Source of the DNA: an uncultured Pseudomonadota bacterium
GTDB taxonomy: Bacteria > Myxococcota_A > UBA796 > UBA9615
Reading direction: 5' to 3'
DNA: 31,251 nucleotides
Assembly (NCBI GenBank): GCA_937907595.1
Contig: CALCXL010000278.1
Location: 1-31,251 of the forward strand
Shown here piece by piece: positions 26,201 through 31,251 of this stretch. The notes under the pieces were generated by a model. The model was given only the letters and a program-made list of their open reading frames with translations. It was not told the origin of the DNA and made no database searches. The stretch's first letter is position 1; the number at the start of each line of letters is the position of its first letter. A program made the translations under genes and the position numbers.

Positions 26201-27431
26201 GCTGGCCTGGGAGTCGACGCTGGCGGAGTCGGAGACGCTGACGCTGACGGCGCCGAAGGATCGCCCCTGGACCGAGCGCTGGTCGCTGGACTGCTCGCCG
26301 GTCTTCAGCTGCGCGGCCGACGGCATCGCGCCCACCCGGCACACCACGGACGGGCGCTGGCAGCCGGCCTGGCAGCCCTGGCCGGGGGAGTCGGTGAGCT
26401 TCACCTTCACCAAGCCCCTGCCGACGGCGGGCGCCACCACGACCATCGACCAGGCGACCATCGACATGCGGCCCGGCCGGCGGGTGATCGAGGGCACGAT
26501 GTCCTTCGATCTACGCTCCAGCCAGGGCGGCGAGCAGCACGTCGACCTGCCCGAAGGCGCCGAGCTCATCTCCTTCCAGCTGGGCGGCCAGGACCAGCCG
26601 GTGCAGCGCGAGGGGCGTCGCCTGGCCTACAGCATCGAGCCCGGCAGCAGCAGCGTGACCGTGCGCTGGCGCCAGGAGCACCCCACCGGCGTGCTGGAGC
26701 GGGTGCCCGAGCTGGCCTTGGGCGTGGAGGCCGCCAACGTGCTGGTGAGCATCGAGGTGCCGGACAACAAGTGGCTGCTGTGGGCCGGGGGGCCGGTCTG
26801 GGGCGCGGTGGTGACCTGGTGGCAGTACGTCGTGCTGATCCTGCTGCTGGCCTTCCTGCTGGGCCGCTACGCCCCCACGGAGCTCAAGGCGCGCGACTGG
26901 TTCCTGCTGGGGCTGGGCATGACGCAGGTGGAGGTGGTGGCGCCGGTCGTGGTGGTGCTGTGGCTGGTGGCCCTGGGCCTGCGACGCCGCCACCGCATGC
27001 CGACCTGGTGGCTGCACGACCTGGCCCAGCTGGCCCTGGTGGGGCTGACGCTGCTGGCCTTCGGGATGCTGTACTGGGCCGTGTACGAGGGCCTGCTCTA
27101 CCAGCCGGACATGCAGGTGGAGGGGGCGGGCTCGAGCAGCTCGACGCTGCGCTGGTACGCCGACCACGCCGCGGTGCTGCCCCGGCCCTTCGTGATCTGG
27201 CTGCCCCTGCTGGTCTGGAAGGCGGTGATGCTGCTGTGGGCCCTGTGGCTGGCCTCGCGGGTGTTCCGCTGGGTGGTCGACGGATGGGCCTCCTTCAGCG
27301 CGGGCGGGCTGTGGAAGATGCCGGCGAAGAAGCCGAAGGCGGACAAGCCAGGGAAGACCGAGGCGGCGTCGACGGCCCCGAGCGCGCCGGCGTCGTCGGG
27401 GGCGGAGTGGCAGCCGATCGGGAAGGGGTGA
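23241..27431 (+). CDS. Large (1396 aa) signal-peptide-bearing multi-pass membrane protein of unknown function
   Basis: SD GGAGG before ATG 23241; signal peptide MKLLPLLLILFALPATA; hydrophobic clusters mid-protein and at the C-terminus; GC3 bias. Confidence 0.85.
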   Translation: MKLLPLLLILFALPATAAPLDVPAPLQPWVGWALHDVDGLRCPVLGAERICAWPGELQLRLDDSGGSFALSVRADEELRLPLPGSAEHWPTDLTTDNRPALLAHVGDVPHVVLGPGEHTLRGRFAWSRLPESLPVPPAIALLDLVVRGKAVSFPRRQADGMLWLQGARSEETNEDRLAMEVHRRVDDGVPLIVTTRLRLRVSGRSREMDIGVPLTPGTEPVSLTTSLPARLDQQGHLRVQLRPGEWTITLGARSTEPSTSIIAPLAEAPWPDEEVWVFQASPPVRSVKISGSPGVDPQRTSLEEDWASLPAWRVARGGGLEFTELRRGQTAPPPDQVTVARSLWLRQDGDGFVVRDRLGGTLHQGGRLELKAPGLLGQVAVDGTPRVINHTGDGSPDGVEVRNGTLSAEATLSYPTRGELPAVGWDKEATSLSATLHLPPGWSILAATGVDKASGTWIERWSLMDLFGLLLIVLITWKVLGIRWAVVALLGLTLAWHEPDAPKLWWLVLLITSALVGALPRGTVARVLVGLRWALLLGLALHLTAFSWNQIRTGLFPQLDQWSQGPYDGGDQNNYPQSIAVGGGMMNAPMEEQGDWAQEAKSEAFELDVSSRRGPVKKANKGSYGKAKARSSQVDPQAIVQTGPGVPRWSWSQHALSWNGPVGSTHGIRLWLVPPWAGLLLALLRVLSLLALGLRFADPRRATQPREPSEPPPPSPDAEGSVALSLGASVALLAMFVGPALLGTSTARAESPIVQGIEQVAPTGAVLDQLRDRLSAPPDCAPECIELASAALVAGEEGLTITLMAHAEAAAALQLPGPDAAWVPSSVTVDGAPALALRRLDSGYFALRLEPGIHRVVVRGPGRDVIPLRFPQVPRTMSWRGDGWTIDGYRPDAPPPQSVGLARSRSLQAEAGDGGQDTQPLSPWLELRRELDIGVPWLVHNELRRIGPSSSVVHARVPLLDGESVTTPGITVQKGEADVTLQPGETSLAWESTLAESETLTLTAPKDRPWTERWSLDCSPVFSCAADGIAPTRHTTDGRWQPAWQPWPGESVSFTFTKPLPTAGATTTIDQATIDMRPGRRVIEGTMSFDLRSSQGGEQHVDLPEGAELISFQLGGQDQPVQREGRRLAYSIEPGSSSVTVRWRQEHPTGVLERVPELALGVEAANVLVSIEVPDNKWLLWAGGPVWGAVVTWWQYVVLILLLAFLLGRYAPTELKARDWFLLGLGMTQVEVVAPVVVVLWLVALGLRRRHRMPTWWLHDLAQLALVGLTLLAFGMLYWAVYEGLLYQPDMQVEGAGSSSSTLRWYADHAAVLPRPFVIWLPLLVWKAVMLLWALWLASRVFRWVVDGWASFSAGGLWKMPAKKPKADKPGKTEAASTAPSAPASSGAEWQPIGKG

Positions 27432-27521
27432 GGGGGCCCACCGCGCAGCGGATCGGCGGCTGATCGGGGGGGGGCGTTCGCAGGCGATCCGACGATCCGC
27501 GATCCGATCTCCCCGATCGCC

Positions 27522-27550
27522 TTGACCGACCGGGGGTGCGTCTGTACATT
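27522..27550 (+). promoter_or_regulatory. Sigma70-type promoter of rpmG-rpmB
   Basis: TTGACC 27522-27527, 17-bp spacer, TACATT 27545-27550, GC-rich discriminator. Confidence 0.75.
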
Positions 27551-27579
27551 CCGCCGGCTCAACCTCCCAGGAGGCAAGA

Positions 27580-27735
27580 ATGCGTGAAAAGATCAAGCTC
27601 GTGTCTGAGGCCGGTACCGGCTACTTCTACACGACCACGAAGAACCGCCGGACCAGCACGGGCAAGCTTCAGATGAAGAAGTACGACCCCAAGGTTCGCA
27701 AGCACGTGATGTTCAAGGAGTCGAAGCTCAAGTAG
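27580..27735 (+). CDS. rpmG: 50S ribosomal protein L33 (Cys-free type)
   Basis: [24 protein letters not shown]...[15 protein letters not shown]; 51 aa; SD GGAGG (not in the ORF track). Confidence 0.97.
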   Translation: MREKIKLVSEAGTGYFYTTTKNRRTSTGKLQMKKYDPKVRKHVMFKESKLK

Positions 27736-27761
27736 AGCTTCGATCCTGAAAGGACCGAGAC

Positions 27762-27986
27762 ATGGCCAAGTGCAAGTTCACCGGCAAGAAGCCCATGGCG
27801 GGCAACCGCGTGTCGCACTCGCAGCGCAAGACCAAGCACTGGCAGCAGCCGAACGTGCAGTCCAAGCGCGTCTGGGATGAGGAGAACGGCCAGTGGGTCC
27901 GGCTCCGCATCAGCACCCGTGCGCTGCGCACGATCACCCGCAAGGGCCTCCAGGCCGCTGCGCGTGACGCGGGCGTCAAGCTCTAG
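27762..27986 (+). CDS. rpmB: 50S ribosomal protein L28
   Basis: MAKCKFTGKKPMAGNRVSHSQRKTK...PNVQ. Confidence 0.97.
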   Translation: MAKCKFTGKKPMAGNRVSHSQRKTKHWQQPNVQSKRVWDEENGQWVRLRISTRALRTITRKGLQAAARDAGVKL

Positions 27987-28057
27987 AGCAGTCGGTGGGG
28001 TCGCGCTCGTCGCGGCCGCCTGATCGGCGCTCAAGGACTGCTCTCATCGTCCTCGAC

Positions 28058-28080
28058 AGCCCCGCCCCGGCGGGGCTTTT
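28058..28080 (+). terminator. Rho-independent terminator after rpmB
   Basis: AGCCCCGC/GCGGGGCT stem followed by TTT. Confidence 0.7.
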
Positions 28081-28096
28081 GTCGTCCGGAGACCCC

Positions 28097-28501
28097 GTGG
28101 ATCAACGCACGCACCTGTCCATCCACCCCGCCCTGGTGGGCGCCGTCGTCGACCTCTCCGACGGTGCCGCCACGGTCACCCTGGTGGGCACCGACTCCAT
28201 GGCCGCCGACGAGCGCGGCCTGGTGCACGGCGGCTTCACCTTCGGCCTGGCCGACTACGCCGCCATGGTCGCCGTGAACGACCCCTTCGTGGTGCTCGGC
28301 GCTGCGGAGACGAAGTTCCTGGCCCCCGTGCGCGTCGGCCAGACCATGACCGCCACCGCCACACGGAGCGCCCAGAAGGGCCGCAAGCATACGGTCGACG
28401 TGGTGGTCAGGGTGGACGGCGCCGACGTGATGACGGGCGCGTTCACCGCGTTCGTGCTGGACGCGCACGTCCTGGGCGACGACGGGGCCGCGGAGGGCTG
28501 A
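28097..28501 (+). CDS. PaaI-family hotdog-fold thioesterase
   Basis: GTG 28097 with SD GGAG; GLVHGGFTFGLAD, KFLAPVRVG. Confidence 0.85.
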   Translation: MDQRTHLSIHPALVGAVVDLSDGAATVTLVGTDSMAADERGLVHGGFTFGLADYAAMVAVNDPFVVLGAAETKFLAPVRVGQTMTATATRSAQKGRKHTVDVVVRVDGADVMTGAFTAFVLDAHVLGDDGAAEG

Positions 28502-29653
28502 TCAGGCGGCGCCGTAGAAGACCCGGCGCTCCACGCGGCGCAGGGCCTCCAGTTTGGTGGAGTCGAAGCCGGTGAAGGAGGTCCAGCGGTGCTCGTCCCG
28601 GGTGGCCGCGCACCAGCCGTTGAAGACCGCGTCCAGGGCCAGCAGCAGGGCCCAGCGGGGCATGGGCAGGTAGAAGCCGTTGCGGTAGGCCAGGGCGGAG
28701 ATCTTGGCGACCACGCTGCCCCCGAACTCGTAGGCGTCGATGCCCAGCTCGTTGAGGTCGGGCTCCAGCTGCGGCATCAGCAGCAGCGCGGGCAGGACCA
28801 GCTTGAGGCGGCGGGTGCGGGCCACCGGGTTCTTCTTCTCCCACTCGGACATGGGGAACTCGGCCAGGTAGTTGCTGGGCAGGGCGGCGTGGCGCGCCTC
28901 GTCCAGGTGGAACATCTGCAGGATCTCCAGGCCCGGCGCGCCGGCCAGCAGCCCGAAGAAGCTCAGGGCGATGCCCTCCACCAGCACGTTCATGCCGAAG
29001 AGCTTCTCCAGCCCGTCGAGCTTCAGCACGTTCTCCAGCAGCAGGTACTCCCAGGCCGACTGCCGCGGGATGGGCACGTCGAAGGAGCGCATGAGCGCGC
29101 GCAGCACCACGAAGTGCTTGGCCTCCTCCAGCACCTGCATGGTCAGGGCGGTGCGGGCGCCGGTGGACTGGACCTGGCCCAGGAGCTCGGCGGAGACCAG
29201 CCAGGCGTAGGCCTCGCCGTGGCCGATGGCGGTCAGCACGTTGACGATGGCCTGGCGCTCGCGCTCGGTGTAGGTGGACTTGAGCATCGCCCGGAACTCG
29301 TCCTGGGTGATGCGGTCCAGGGCGTCGCGCTCGGCGGGCTTCATGGACTGCTCGGCCATCTGCAGCAGGGCGCGCTCCTCCTTGCTGCAGTCCTCGAAGC
29401 CCAGCCAGGGGGCGTGGGCCTCGGCCTTCCAGAGCAGGCGCAGGGACTTGTCGTAGTGGCGACGTCGCAGGGTCTCGCCGGGGCCGCCGACGAACTCGTA
29501 GTTGGCGTCGTCGTAGGCTGCCTTGCGCCCGCCCAGGCCGGCCCGGGCCCGGACCTTGTCGGCGCGCCGCACCAGCCGGTTGGCGACGGCTTCGGCCCGA
29601 CGGGACAGGTGGACCGCGCGCTCGTTGGTGCTCAGCTTGTTCGGAAAGTGCAT
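28502..29653 (-). CDS. Ferritin-like diiron-carboxylate protein (383 aa)
   Basis: SD GGAGG before ATG 29653; E-x29-EAKH and E-x25-EARH ligand pattern. Confidence 0.75.
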   Translation of the reverse strand: MHFPNKLSTNERAVHLSRRAEAVANRLVRRADKVRARAGLGGRKAAYDDANYEFVGGPGETLRRRHYDKSLRLLWKAEAHAPWLGFEDCSKEERALLQMAEQSMKPAERDALDRITQDEFRAMLKSTYTERERQAIVNVLTAIGHGEAYAWLVSAELLGQVQSTGARTALTMQVLEEAKHFVVLRALMRSFDVPIPRQSAWEYLLLENVLKLDGLEKLFGMNVLVEGIALSFFGLLAGAPGLEILQMFHLDEARHAALPSNYLAEFPMSEWEKKNPVARTRRLKLVLPALLLMPQLEPDLNELGIDAYEFGGSVVAKISALAYRNGFYLPMPRWALLLALDAVFNGWCAATRDEHRWTSFTGFDSTKLEALRRVERRVFYGAA

Positions 29654-29765
29654 GACGACCTCCGTTCGATGAATCCAAGTGTGCCAGATCGCGGCAGATT
29701 CCCCGAGAAGAACCCTCCAGAGGGCCGTGGACGTCCCGGCCGATCGGCGGCAGGATCGCGATCCC

Positions 29766-30704
29766 ATGCTCCAGCCCTTCTCCGATCTGCTGCCCTTCCT
29801 CCTCTCTCCCGGCGCCCGCCAGCGCAACGACGCGTCCGCCGCCGCCGACGTCAACGTGCGCCGCCACGGCCTGGACCTGCCCGAGGGCCTGCGCCTGCAG
29901 TGGCTGGGCACCGCCAGCTTCGCCATCTCCTACGGCGGCACCACGCTGATCACGGACCCCTTCGTCAGCCGGCACCCGCTGCCCCACGTGGCCCGCGCCC
30001 GGCCCCTGCGCGCGGACATCGACGCGGTGGCCCGCCTGCTGCCCAAGGCGGACGCGGTCCTGGTGGGGCACGCGCACTTCGACCACGCCCTGGACATCGC
30101 GCCCCTGGTGCATCGGGACCGCTGCACCGTCTACGGCAGCCGGTCGGTGCAGCACCTGCTGGGCCTGCACGGGCTGGAGGAGCACGCGCGGGTGGCCGAG
30201 GCCCACCGACCCATCGACATCGGCCCCTTCAAGGTCACCTTCGTGCCCAGCCTGCACAGCAAGCTGTTCCTGGGCCTGGCGATCCCCAGCGGCGGCGAGC
30301 TCACCTGCGCGCACACCGAGCAGCTGACCAGCAAGGCCTACAACTGCGGGCAGGTGTGGGGGATCCGCATCGAGGTGGCGGGCACCAGCCTGTACCACAT
30401 GGGCTCCTGCGACCTCATCGAGTCGGAGATCCGCGAGCCCTGCGACATCTTCCTCTGCGGCATCGCCGGCCGGAGCTTCACCCCCGACTACACCGCGCGC
30501 ATCCTCCGCTGCCTGCAGCCGAAGGTCATCGTGCCCCACCACCACGACAACTTCTTCCTGCCGCTGGACGGCCCCATGGGCTTCTCCCTCAACGTGAACT
30601 ACGGCAAGTTTCTGCAGGAGGTGCGGGCGGTCAGCGGGGACTTTGTGGTGCGGGGGCTGGATCCGTTGCAGGGGGTGGGGGGCGACGAGGACGCTTCGAC
30701 CTGA
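29766..30704 (+). CDS. MBL-fold metallo-hydrolase (L-ascorbate-6-phosphate lactonase/UlaG-like)
   Basis: LQWLGTASF, ITDPF, HAHFDH (HxHxDH), YHMGS, PHHHD. Confidence 0.88.
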   Translation: MLQPFSDLLPFLLSPGARQRNDASAAADVNVRRHGLDLPEGLRLQWLGTASFAISYGGTTLITDPFVSRHPLPHVARARPLRADIDAVARLLPKADAVLVGHAHFDHALDIAPLVHRDRCTVYGSRSVQHLLGLHGLEEHARVAEAHRPIDIGPFKVTFVPSLHSKLFLGLAIPSGGELTCAHTEQLTSKAYNCGQVWGIRIEVAGTSLYHMGSCDLIESEIREPCDIFLCGIAGRSFTPDYTARILRCLQPKVIVPHHHDNFFLPLDGPMGFSLNVNYGKFLQEVRAVSGDFVVRGLDPLQGVGGDEDAST

Positions 30705-30719
30705 GAGGCCGTGGGCCGA

Positions 30720-31250
30720 TCACCCCGGCAGCCACCCCATGTAGAAGCCCGTCCAGGTCGCGTCGGGCACCGTGCAGGTGGTGCCGGGGCTGCCGTCTTG
30801 CTCGATCACCACGCCGCTGAGGGCCACCGCGCCCGTGAAGGGGTTGCCCGGGCCCGAGGGCGGGCTGATCGCCACCACCGTCAGCGTGGCGCTGCCCGCG
30901 ATCGCGCTCCAGCTGTCCACCACCGCGGGCTGGTTGAAGGGGTCCAGGGCGTCGTTGCAGTCGTTGACCAGCAGGTTGCTGCCCGTCTCCAGTTCGAGGC
31001 TCCCCGCCACCTGATCCGGCTGGCCCAGGCTCCCGTCGAACCACAGGACGTACTGCGTGCCCACCGCCATGGAGCCAGACAGCGCCCAGGCGTCCCAGCT
31101 CAGGCCGATGCGGTGCTCGGCCGAGGCCGTGCCCAGGTTCGCGTTGTAGCCGCAGGTGATCTGCTGGGGCCAGGACGCCAAGCTCGCCAGGGCCGCGCCC
31201 ACCGCCGCGTCGTCGCAGGCTGCGGGGGCCGAGTCGTCGTCGTCGGCCGA
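30720..31250 (-). CDS. Partial (5'-truncated by the window) hypothetical protein, probably secreted or a lipoprotein
   Basis: Frame open to the window edge (SADDDDSAPAAC...), GC3-biased, TGA at 30720-30722. Confidence 0.65.
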   Translation of the reverse strand, partial: SADDDDSAPAACDDAAVGAALASLASWPQQITCGYNANLGTASAEHRIGLSWDAWALSGSMAVGTQYVLWFDGSLGQPDQVAGSLELETGSNLLVNDCNDALDPFNQPAVVDSWSAIAGSATLTVVAISPPSGPGNPFTGAVALSGVVIEQDGSPGTTCTVPDATWTGFYMGWLPG

Positions 31251-31251
31251 G

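Noticed and set aside
29670-29690. Possible sigma54 promoter (minus-strand CTGGCAC) before the diiron gene
   Set aside because: No TTGC at the -12 position with correct spacing.

Overview
High-GC (roughly 70% by eye) chromosomal window, most consistent with a Myxococcota/deltaproteobacterial genome (MopE-like repeat lipoprotein, TPR/PEGA-type protein, bactofilin after parB, myxobacterial-type parS). The core is the normally origin-linked cluster rpmH-rnpA-yidD-yidC-jag-mnmE-mnmG-rsmG-parA-parB-bactofilin with five parS-like sites, but with no dnaA or DnaA boxes next to rpmH. Flanks encode a stand-alone HTH protein behind a candidate leader-peptide attenuator, secreted proteins and lipoproteins, a SNF2 helicase, a DUF3052 protein, an amidohydrolase, a ~1400-aa membrane protein of unknown function, rpmG-rpmB, a PaaI thioesterase, a ferritin-like diiron protein and an MBL-fold hydrolase. 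No mobile element, CRISPR array, tRNA or rRNA was seen. The best leads are (i) a 1:2/2:3/3:4 attenuator architecture at 189-320, (ii) an extended promoter motif shared by two ribosomal-protein operons 16 kb apart, and (iii) an rnpA frame with no canonical start except one upstream of rpmH (Thermus-like full overlap). All calls are from reading the sequence by eye; no searches were run.
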